Virus record (IMG/VR): IMGVR_UViG_3300032214_000528
Span: 71,032 to 135,031 of that record
Length of the DNA: 64,000 bases
Reading direction: 5' to 3' (one strand)
DNA from: a virus
The position numbers were made by a program, and so were the translations under genes. Positions 7,681 through 15,154 of this stretch are shown here, piece by piece. Positions within the stretch are counted from its first letter, which is position 1, and each line of letters begins with the position of its first letter. The notes under the pieces were generated by a model. That model was given only the letters and a program-made list of their open reading frames with translations, did no database searches and was not told the DNA's origin.

Positions 7681-8253
7681 ATGAAGCAATCTCTAAAGCA
7701 ACGCCATTTGCAGGAGTTGATAGCACTAATGTCTTTGACAGTAGTTCTAGCCTCTACCGCAGTAGCAGTAGCGCAGAGTCCAGAGCAAATGGAACCAGTT
7801 CAACAAGTTGTAGTAGTTCCAGAAGTAGTAGAAGTAAAACCGAAGCTTTCAGACTTTGAGAACAAAACCTCTCTCACCGATACAGAATTGAGAGATCTTC
7901 TCATTGCAGTTGGCTTTGAAGGCAAAGCCCTTCGCATTGCGTGGGCTATTGCAAAGAAGGAGTCCAATGGTCGCCCGCTTGCTTTCAATGGCAACGCAAA
8001 AACAGGCGATAGTTCCTACGGTGTCTATCAAATCAACATGATTGGTGACTTAGGCCCGGATCGAAGAATTAAGTTTTCACTTGATTCAAACTCAGACCTT
8101 TTCAATCCAGTAATCAACGCTCAAATTGCTCACCACATGAGCAAGGGTGGAGAAGATTTTTCCGCATGGAAGATCTCCAAGAGCGACTATAATAGTGCTA
8201 CGGCGGAACCTAAGTTTCAAATGTGGCTTAAGAAGTTCCCCGAAGGAAAGTAG
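7681..8253 (+). CDS. Lysozyme-like transglycosylase (SLT) with N-terminal signal/TM segment
   Basis: IAKKES catalytic Glu, SYGVYQIN, NPVINA motifs; AAAGGA RBS before ATG 7681. Confidence 0.8.
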   Translation: MKQSLKQRHLQELIALMSLTVVLASTAVAVAQSPEQMEPVQQVVVVPEVVEVKPKLSDFENKTSLTDTELRDLLIAVGFEGKALRIAWAIAKKESNGRPLAFNGNAKTGDSSYGVYQINMIGDLGPDRRIKFSLDSNSDLFNPVINAQIAHHMSKGGEDFSAWKISKSDYNSATAEPKFQMWLKKFPEGK

Positions 8254-8258
8254 GAAAC

Positions 8259-8681
8259 ATGAGCGAAGAACTCAGACCCCTAGTAGGTTCAATAGTTCCG
8301 CCTGTGGTGACACCTGCGGAAGAGCCAAAGCCAACCCCTGCGCTCGCAGTTGAGCCAAAGGTTGAAGAGGTCAAAGAAGTAAAGAAGGAAATCAAGTCAG
8401 CCCCAAAGGTTAAGAGAGATGCCAACACAATTATTTCTCTTTCTGCTTTGAAGGTTGGTGCTATGGCTGGTAACTCTTCTTCTGTTCAGACTGTTCAGTT
8501 GCGTCTTAAAGACCTAGGTTTTGACGCAGTTGTTCGAGATAAGTTTGGCAGACTAGGAGAAGGAAGTGTTGAAGCGATCAACGCTTACCGAAAGTCAGTA
8601 GGCTTAGAAGAGTGCGGTTGCTTTAATGAAGAAGTTCTCGCTTATCTCTTTGACGGTCTAGATGTAGGAGTTGGAGCGTAG
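8259..8681 (+). CDS. Peptidoglycan-binding-domain protein
   Basis: VQTVQLRLKDLGF...G.LG..S.EAI..YRK..GL pattern. Confidence 0.6.
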   Translation: MSEELRPLVGSIVPPVVTPAEEPKPTPALAVEPKVEEVKEVKKEIKSAPKVKRDANTIISLSALKVGAMAGNSSSVQTVQLRLKDLGFDAVVRDKFGRLGEGSVEAINAYRKSVGLEECGCFNEEVLAYLFDGLDVGVGA

Positions 8682-8789
8682 TAGCTACCTTTCCAATTTC
8701 TATCAGCGCCCAGTTGCTCAAGTAAAATTGAGAGGCTGGGCGTTGGTATTTCTAGCGCCTAAGTGCGGGACATTGAAAGGACAGCACTC

Positions 8790-9071
8790 ATGGCAGTAAT
8801 CAAGAAAGAAAAGAACAAGCAGTTCGAGAAAACTAAGATGATTGTTTCAAGAGTCATTGCGGTTTTCGCTGCGTCAGGATTATCAGTAGTCGGTGCTGGC
8901 TCTATTGTCGGTATTGAACTAACTCAAGCAGTAACCCTTGCGGGTGCTCTTGGTGTTGCTACTGTCTTGGAAGCGTTGGCTCGTGCCTACCTTGCAGACG
9001 GAAAATTAACTACTGCCGAAATCGATCAAGCCTTTGCTTTGGTTGATAAGGGTAGAAGTTCTTCTTCTTAA
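8790..9071 (+). CDS. Holin-like membrane protein
   Basis: Basic N-terminus, two hydrophobic segments; AAGGA RBS. Confidence 0.5.
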   Translation: MAVIKKEKNKQFEKTKMIVSRVIAVFAASGLSVVGAGSIVGIELTQAVTLAGALGVATVLEALARAYLADGKLTTAEIDQAFALVDKGRSSSS

Positions 9072-9086
9072 TTCTGAAAAGCAAAG

Positions 9087-9119
9087 AACCCCCCAACCTT
9101 TGCGGTTGAGGGGTTTTTT
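9087..9119 (+). terminator. Intrinsic terminator between convergent units
   Basis: CCCCCCAACC-loop-GGTTGAGGGG followed by a T-run. Confidence 0.75.
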
Positions 9120-9130
9120 GTTTGACGGAT

Positions 9131-9271
9131 TTACTTAGAGTTCTTTAGTTCTGTTAGCCACATTTCTAGAAGTTCAGCCCTTGCGGTGTTGCCTTCCGAT
9201 AGTGCCTCTAGAAGTTGTTTTGTTATTTGTTCAATTGTTCTGTCGTTGATCAGTTGTGAAGTTGAAGCCAT
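9131..9271 (-). CDS. Hypothetical protein (46 aa)
   Basis: AGGGAA RBS before MASTSQLIND. Confidence 0.55.
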   Translation of the reverse strand: MASTSQLINDRTIEQITKQLLEALSEGNTARAELLEMWLTELKNSK

Positions 9272-9364
9272 TTCCCTACTTCCTTTCTTGTTCGATTGGG
9301 TCTTGAAGTAATGCAATTGCAGTTCCTAGAACCCCTGCGATTATTGCTACGGTTGCTATTAACA

Positions 9365-9487
9365 TTATGCCCCCAAAATAAAACATAGAGCGATTGCAAC
9401 TGCTACACCAACAAAAGCGCCAATAGGTGCGCCAACATCAGCGTTTTCATCAAGCCAGTCAATTACTGCGGTGAATGGATTTGTCAT
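9365..9487 (-). CDS. Small membrane protein (40 aa)
   Basis: MTNPFTAVIDW...; AGGGAGAAACAAA RBS. Confidence 0.6.
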   Translation of the reverse strand: MTNPFTAVIDWLDENADVGAPIGAFVGVAVAIALCFILGA

Positions 9488-9527
9488 TTTGTTTCTCCCT
9501 TTTGGTTCTCCCTGAACCATTGATAAA

Positions 9528-9556
9528 ACTATAAACCTTCTTCCTGACATTTGCAA
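9528..9556 (-). promoter_or_regulatory. Promoter TTGCAA-17-TATAGT with TGTCAG-N10
   Basis: Read directly from the reverse strand. Confidence 0.75.
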
Positions 9557-9569
9557 GAGACACGCCCAA

Positions 9570-9598
9570 CAAAAAACCCCCCGATTTCTCGAGGGGTT
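9570..9598 (-). terminator. Intrinsic terminator
   Basis: GC hairpin with an A-run on its + strand 5' side. Confidence 0.65.
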
Positions 9599-9615
9599 CT
9601 TCGGGGAGTTGGTCA

Positions 9616-9882
9616 TTAAACCTCTGTAGCCCTGCCGTCCTCAACTTGCTTGAGGAAGTCTTGAACTATCTCTAGTGCGTCCTTTCGTCCTTGAAGTCCT
9701 CTGAACTTTGGAAGTCCGATTTGATCTCCGATAAGTCTTGCAAAAGTGCGGAGAGCAGGTTCTGAAGTCATTTGCATTTTACTTCCGCCGTATGTCTTGA
9801 TTTCAAGTTCTAGTGACATTTTGATTAGTTCAAGTTGGATAGGGCTAACTGCTAACTCTACGGTCATTGGTGATGTTGTCAT
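9616..9882 (-). CDS. Hypothetical protein
   Basis: ORF track; AGGGAGAAACAAA RBS. Confidence 0.7.
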   Translation of the reverse strand: MTTSPMTVELAVSPIQLELIKMSLELEIKTYGGSKMQMTSEPALRTFARLIGDQIGLPKFRGLQGRKDALEIVQDFLKQVEDGRATEV

Positions 9883-9929
9883 TTTGTTTCTCCCTTTTGT
9901 TTTTCGGTTCTCCCTGAACCGTTAGGAAA

Positions 9930-9959
9930 AGAATACATGACCTTCCTGACATTTGTCAA
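9930..9959 (-). promoter_or_regulatory. Promoter TTGACA-18-TATTCT with TGTCAG-N10
   Basis: Read directly from the reverse strand. Confidence 0.8.
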
Positions 9960-9997
9960 GATAAGATCAAAAAGCTTTTACGGCGTGTCGGGAAAAG

Positions 9998-10028
9998 AAA
10001 AACCCCCCCGAGGGAAGTCAGGGGGGTT
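9998..10028 (-). terminator. Intrinsic terminator
   Basis: C7/G6 stem with a flanking A-run. Confidence 0.6.
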
Positions 10029-10040
10029 AGTTCTTTGCGG

Positions 10041-10313
10041 TTACTTGGTAAGGAGAAGTTCCAAGATTTCGCCGTCAGTAAGTTCTTTGTAACTACCGTT
10101 GAAAGGACTTGTGTAAGAACCTTTATTCTCATCTGTTACGGCAACCTTTACAACTTCTGCATTCATTCCCTTTGCATTCTTTGCGGTTTCAGTAATCAGG
10201 CTACTTGCACCTTGTGCGGTATCAACATGGAAGTTGTAGTTTGTTTCCTTTGTGATTGTTCCTGTTGATGTTGTCTCTGAATACTTTACTGTGATTGATA
10301 CTCCGTATGACAT
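10041..10313 (-). CDS. Hypothetical protein
   Basis: ORF 10041-10415; AGGGAGAAACAA RBS favours ATG 10313 (MSYGVSITVKY). Confidence 0.7.
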   Translation of the reverse strand: MSYGVSITVKYSETTSTGTITKETNYNFHVDTAQGASSLITETAKNAKGMNAEVVKVAVTDENKGSYTSPFNGSYKELTDGEILELLLTK

Positions 10314-10360
10314 TTGTTTCTCCCTTTGTTTGTATTGGAACTCCCTGCTCCAATAAGATA

Positions 10361-10389
10361 AAGATACATGACCTTCCTGCACTTTGCAA
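10361..10389 (-). promoter_or_regulatory. Promoter TTGCAA-17-TATCTT with GTGCAG-N10
   Basis: Same TTGCAAAGTGCAGGAAGGTC core as 5691 and 5962. Confidence 0.75.
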
Positions 10390-10401
10390 GTTATAATAGG
10401 C

Positions 10402-10542
10402 AGATGACTAGTCATACTTTCTGACCTAGATTTCTGACCACTATCAAGACATGAGCCTAAGTTACTAGGTAGTAACTAGGTAGGCAAGTAGATGACTAGT
10501 CTTGTATCGAGTGACTTATCTAGACTGTCTATGACTGGTCAT
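10402..10542. repeat. Cluster of palindromes and short direct repeats
   Basis: ATGACTAGTCAT 10404-10415; AGTTACT-N4-AGTAACT 10460-10477; AGATGACTAGTC at 10402 and 10490; TTTCTGACC x2. Confidence 0.7.
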
Positions 10543-10944
10543 TTAAGTTCATAGACTTTAGACATTGAGAAGATGTAAGAAGAGTATCCAAGATGATAGA
10601 TGATAGATGTAAATCATAACTAACATAAAGCTTTTTTGTCTACAAAGGATAAATGTATGTATGCCTTTTTTGATCATTTTTGAAAGAAAATAAAAACAAA
10701 AGGGCACATAGGCACTTCTAAATCTGTAAAAAATTTAAAATACAGATAAAAATAAAAAGTTTTTTGAAGTTGCAAAACTAAAAGAAAAAAGGCCCGGAAC
10801 GATTTTGAAAATGTCAAAAACTATACGTACCCTTCTCACAGGCCAAAAGCAATTTATGTAAAGGTTCATCTTTTCTTCTTTGCCGTACAAGATTTCATCT
10901 CCTTTTCTTTGTACGACCTCTTGAACTTCAAGTACAATAAGCAT

Positions 10945-11445
10945 ATGATTAACCAGCCTCGACTCCCTTTAGATGAAGTCACCTACATTGCCTCTCTCCC
11001 TCGTGCTGAGTTGGAATCACGCCTACGGGCGCTGTGGAATGCTGGCTGGTCCCTCGCAATTATTGGAGATTCTCTAAATCCGCCTCGTCCAAAAACAACT
11101 ATCCACTTCTGGGTCCGTAGAGCTGAAGATGTAAAGCAGTTTAGGAACATCCCTGTTCCCCCTCCAAAGTCTCTTACTACTTCCGTGCCTACCAAGAATG
11201 CTCCTCGTCTGAGATCCATTTCTCCGGGCGTCCCTACCGATATAAGGCTTAGACTTAGAGAGCTGTCTATTCTCTCAAAGCGCTATCGTGCTAAGACATC
11301 CCCCGAGAGTCCTTTAGCCAGAGCAAATGTTGAGCTAACACAGATTGCCAAAGAATTAAGAAGCAGAGGCGTTCCTACCGCTGCCATAGCTGAAGCCGCA
11401 GGAGTCACCTACCGAGCTATGGCAAGACGACTCTCAAATGGCTAG
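10945..11445 (+). CDS. Protein with two HTH motifs
   Basis: LWNAGWSLAIIG...TTIHFWV and RGVPTAAIAEAAGVTYRAMARR; start at 10945 inferred from a -10 box 6 nt upstream. Confidence 0.7.
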   Translation: MINQPRLPLDEVTYIASLPRAELESRLRALWNAGWSLAIIGDSLNPPRPKTTIHFWVRRAEDVKQFRNIPVPPPKSLTTSVPTKNAPRLRSISPGVPTDIRLRLRELSILSKRYRAKTSPESPLARANVELTQIAKELRSRGVPTAAIAEAAGVTYRAMARRLSNG

Positions 11446-11779
11446 AACTTATAAAACAGCTTCTGGCGTCTACAGCGAAGAAGATCTAGCCGTAGTTATC
11501 TGGGTTAACCCTAAAATCACTAAGCGCCCACAATCTCGACGCCTTGAGACTATGACTTCTCCTAACTCTAGATATCCAATGGCATTCCCCATTGCTCACT
11601 TAACTTCTCACCATGCTTGGAAGACTTTTAAAGTTACAAAAAATTCCGAAGACATTGACTCTCTAATAGGCAGAACATCAAGACAATCCCCTATACTGGT
11701 TCCATTGCCTCTAGCTAAGTCTTATTTGGGCTGGGACGAGTTTTATATACCCACCGAATACACCAATTTAGGAGATTAA
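11438..11779 (+). CDS. Hypothetical protein
   Basis: ORF track; overlaps the previous stop. Confidence 0.65.
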   Translation: MARTYKTASGVYSEEDLAVVIWVNPKITKRPQSRRLETMTSPNSRYPMAFPIAHLTSHHAWKTFKVTKNSEDIDSLIGRTSRQSPILVPLPLAKSYLGWDEFYIPTEYTNLGD

Positions 11780-11781
11780 CA

Positions 11782-12150
11782 GTGCGTTCTCTTGCAGATG
11801 TCTTTCCAGCGGTCGCTTGGATTGCCCCACCTAACTCTGTAGCTCTCTCCGAGCTTGCTACAAGTGGTCCAAGCCCTGCAGGAACCCGCAAAGTAGATAG
11901 AGTTCGAGTTGTGTTGCTGGGAAACAACATTCTTATCGCTCAAGACTCTCCAGAAGGCCCTAAGTTGGTTTTTAAGGAGGGTTTCATCTCTCGCCTAGTA
12001 AATGGCAAGACCACGACGGTTAAAACCGATACAGGCAAGACCATCGCCTTTACCAAGGATGAGAATTGCGGATGTGGATCACGCCTACGCACTTGGAACC
12101 CATATGGACAGAACAATTCAGTCTTCTCCACATCGGATCCAACCGAATGA
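11782..12150 (+). CDS. Hypothetical protein
   Basis: GGAG RBS; CGCGSRLRTWNP motif. Confidence 0.7.
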   Translation: MRSLADVFPAVAWIAPPNSVALSELATSGPSPAGTRKVDRVRVVLLGNNILIAQDSPEGPKLVFKEGFISRLVNGKTTTVKTDTGKTIAFTKDENCGCGSRLRTWNPYGQNNSVFSTSDPTE

Positions 12151-12443
12151 GCGACTTCTCAACTCTTCAGATCGCTCTTTTAGGTCTTGCTACCTATCGC
12201 ACAACTCGCTTCTTTACTAGAGACACTCTCTTCAACCCTATCCGTAATTGGATTTGGAAGAAGCGTCCGCCAGAGAAGTCTTTTATCGGATATCTATTCA
12301 CCTGCGAATGGTGTACCTCAGTTTGGATAGCATCAGGTTATGTATTATCCGCTATCATTATTCCTGAAGTAACCTACATAGTCATAACCATTTCAGCGTT
12401 ATCGGCTATTGCAGGATTGTTGACCGCATATGAGGATAAGTGA
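12147..12443 (+). CDS. DUF1360-like membrane protein
   Basis: ATYRTTRFFTRDTLF..GYLFTCEWCTSVW pattern. Confidence 0.7.
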   Translation: MSDFSTLQIALLGLATYRTTRFFTRDTLFNPIRNWIWKKRPPEKSFIGYLFTCEWCTSVWIASGYVLSAIIIPEVTYIVITISALSAIAGLLTAYEDK

Positions 12444-12483
12444 CAGCCCTCATGTTCCGCAGCAGAATTGACGAGGAGTAAAC

Positions 12484-14184
12484 ATGGGTATTTTCACCAA
12501 CGACGATTCCACACCAGTCACACCCGCTCCTAAAAAATCTGCCCCGTCAGCTTTATCTACTATTTTTACATCTAACGCACAAACAGTTGCCTACTCAACT
12601 CCTCGGGCACTTACTGCTGCAGCAGCGCAGTTAAAAGTTAATGACAAGGGAGAATACGAACAGTTTAGAATTCGTCGCTCTGCAGGTTCATCTGCATGGC
12701 AAGCCGAAGCTTGGGAGTACTACGACGCAATCGGTGAAGTTAAATATGCTTTTAATCTTGTAGCATCAGTTGTTTCACGAATTAGAATTTATGCAGCAGT
12801 AATTGATGATCCAGCAGAGGCACCAGTATCAGTTCGCAACTCAGACAAAGTCGATGATCGTCTTGCACAAGCAGCAGAACGTGCATTAGATAGGTTAAAC
12901 TCTGCATATGGTGGACAAGCAGGATTACTTAAAGATGCAGCTCTCAATCTTTCAGTTGCGGGTGAGTGCTATCTCGTACAAATGCCCGCTCGTCCAGGAC
13001 ACGGTCTTCCTGAGTCTTGGGATATTCGTTCTGTTGACGAAGTAACAACAGATCCAAAAGGTGGCTTCAATGTCATTGGTCGCCGTGAGCAGGGATCTAA
13101 CTCACAAAGCTCTAACACTAATTTAAATACAAAGCTTGGTAAAAATGCATTTATAGGACGCATCTGGCGTTCACATCCTCGTTATTCAGATGAAGCAGAT
13201 AGCTCTTTAAGAGGTTTGCTTGATCTTTGTGCTGAACTTCTTCTATTGAATAGGACATTCCGTGCGACTGCTCGTTCTCGCCTTAATGCTGGCGCTCTTT
13301 ATCTCCCAGATGGTCTTTCGGTTGCGGCGCAAGCGGATCCAGACTACCCCTACGATTCTGAGGATGGTATCGGCCCAAACTTTACTGCTGAAGAAGCAGA
13401 GGACGAATTCGAAGAACAATTAATGGATGCGATGACGACTCCAATCAGAGATGAAGAGTCTGCATCAGCAGTTGTCCCACTTATCATTCGTGGCCCAGCG
13501 GAACTTGGCGACAAGATTAAGCAGTTTAAGTTTGAGCGTTCATTCGACCCAGCACTTGCACAACGTGCTGACCGTGTTCTCGAGCGCATTCTTCAGGGAC
13601 TAGATGTTCCAAAGGATGTTGTAACAGGTCTTGCAAATGTTAAGTACTCAAACGCACTTCAAATCGATGAAACTCTCTATAAATCACATATAGAACCTTT
13701 GATGCTGCTTATTGCAGATGCACTAACTGTTGTTTATCTTCGTCCTTATCTTATTGCAAGTGGTTTCACTGAAACAGATGTAAATCGTCTTGTTGTTTGG
13801 TATGACCCATCAGCAATTGCAACTCGTAATGACCGTGCATCAGATGCTGATTCAGGATTTGATCGTGGAGCAGTTTCATACGACACATGGCGTCGTGCTC
13901 ATGGCTTCTCGGATCAAGATGCACCAACTCCAACAGAGATGGCAATCCGTATGCTTTCAGAGCGTGGAGTGCTTACACCAGAGCTTACAGAAGCAATGCT
14001 TGGAGCAGTTGCACCAGATGTTATGGCTGCAATACGTACTGCACAACAAGAAGCATCTGTTGCCCCGCTACCCCCAGAGGTTGAGCAAGCACTTCAGCAA
14101 GCATCTGCAGGTGCAGAGGCAACAGGAAATGTTGCTGAATCCCCAGATGCAGAGACAGCACCTGAGGGAACAGAGAATGTCTGA
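12484..14184 (+). CDS. Portal protein
   Basis: Size and position; WQAEAWEYYDAIGEVKYA and HPR...ADS motifs like actinophage portals. Confidence 0.8.
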   Translation: MGIFTNDDSTPVTPAPKKSAPSALSTIFTSNAQTVAYSTPRALTAAAAQLKVNDKGEYEQFRIRRSAGSSAWQAEAWEYYDAIGEVKYAFNLVASVVSRIRIYAAVIDDPAEAPVSVRNSDKVDDRLAQAAERALDRLNSAYGGQAGLLKDAALNLSVAGECYLVQMPARPGHGLPESWDIRSVDEVTTDPKGGFNVIGRREQGSNSQSSNTNLNTKLGKNAFIGRIWRSHPRYSDEADSSLRGLLDLCAELLLLNRTFRATARSRLNAGALYLPDGLSVAAQADPDYPYDSEDGIGPNFTAEEAEDEFEEQLMDAMTTPIRDEESASAVVPLIIRGPAELGDKIKQFKFERSFDPALAQRADRVLERILQGLDVPKDVVTGLANVKYSNALQIDETLYKSHIEPLMLLIADALTVVYLRPYLIASGFTETDVNRLVVWYDPSAIATRNDRASDADSGFDRGAVSYDTWRRAHGFSDQDAPTPTEMAIRMLSERGVLTPELTEAMLGAVAPDVMAAIRTAQQEASVAPLPPEVEQALQQASAGAEATGNVAESPDAETAPEGTENV

Positions 14185-15154
14185 CGCAAAAGCCCCTAAG
14201 AAAGATCAAATCAAAGGTTCTAAGAAAAACGCTAAAGGATCTGCATCAGGTTCTCGTAAAGTAGTTTTTTCTAAAGCAGTTGAAAAATCTCTTGCAGATA
14301 AAGTAGCAACTCACAACGAGAAAGCTAGAGAAGGCCGTCGTGCAACTCTAGGAATGCTCAAGGCTGTCTATCGCCGTGGTGCAGGTGCTTACAGCACTTC
14401 ACATCGTCCCGGTATGACTCGCAACCAATGGGCTATGGCTCGTGTTAATGCATTTTTGAAGATGCTCAAGTCTGGTAAGCCAGCGAACTCAGCTTACAAG
14501 TCAGATAATGACTTGCTCCCAGCAAAGCATCCTCGTTCAACAAAGAAGAACAACTCAATCACTGCTTCGGCTGGATTAGTTCCAGAAGAATCAGACCTAG
14601 CTAATGCTCTCATTGAGATCGCTGAGAAGTATGGAAAGTTCAACGAAGATGCAACAGGAATTTGGGCAGGATACACCCCAGCCGCAGAAAATAAATACAA
14701 AGGAATCGGAGTCAAGTGCTCTAGCTGTGTTCTATACATGGGTAACGGCTCGTGCAGAATCATCGAAACAGAAGTCGAAGACGAAGGTAAGTGTCGTTTC
14801 GCGGTTATCCCAGATGGGGTCGTTGATGTCGGAGTTCTCGAAGGCGAAAAACTCGGAAACGAAATCCAATCCTTAGAAGAGCTTGCACAGATTGCTGAAG
14901 AATATAGATTTGAACAAGAGTTGGCAGTAGAGATACTTCCTGAAGAAGAATACGACTCACCAGAACACGCTATTCTTTCTTTAGCAGAGTTTTCAGGGTT
15001 TGGTTATGAAGCAGAGCATGCAGTTCGTGCATCTTGGCTTCGTGGAGTTCGCAGCGGTGACGATCCATTCAAAAGAGCATCTAATTTTGCAATACTAGGT
15101 TATGAAAGCTTAGATTCAGATTTGTTACCTAAAAAGGGAGAAGATAATGTCTAA
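14177..15154 (+). CDS. Head-module protein with DUF5824-like and HiPIP-like domains (325 aa)
   Basis: LKAVYRRGAGAYSTSHRPG...QWAMARVNAF; CSSC...C...C cluster; start trimmed to ATG 14177. Confidence 0.75.
   Translation: MSDAKAPKKDQIKGSKKNAKGSASGSRKVVFSKAVEKSLADKVATHNEKAREGRRATLGMLKAVYRRGAGAYSTSHRPGMTRNQWAMARVNAFLKMLKSGKPANSAYKSDNDLLPAKHPRSTKKNNSITASAGLVPEESDLANALIEIAEKYGKFNEDATGIWAGYTPAAENKYKGIGVKCSSCVLYMGNGSCRIIETEVEDEGKCRFAVIPDGVVDVGVLEGEKLGNEIQSLEELAQIAEEYRFEQELAVEILPEEEYDSPEHAILSLAEFSGFGYEAEHAVRASWLRGVRSGDDPFKRASNFAILGYESLDSDLLPKKGEDNV

Noticed and set aside
1697-10799. GGCCCGGAA upstream of two promoters (about 1697 and 10791)
   Set aside because: Only two copies at different distances; cannot be distinguished from chance
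10945-12443. Terminase genes before the portal
   Set aside because: No Walker A/B or nuclease motifs of a large terminase; presumably outside the window
13790-14176. N-terminal 129 aa of the 454-aa ORF
   Set aside because: Overlaps the portal in another frame; ATG 14177 with an RBS and stop overlap is more plausible
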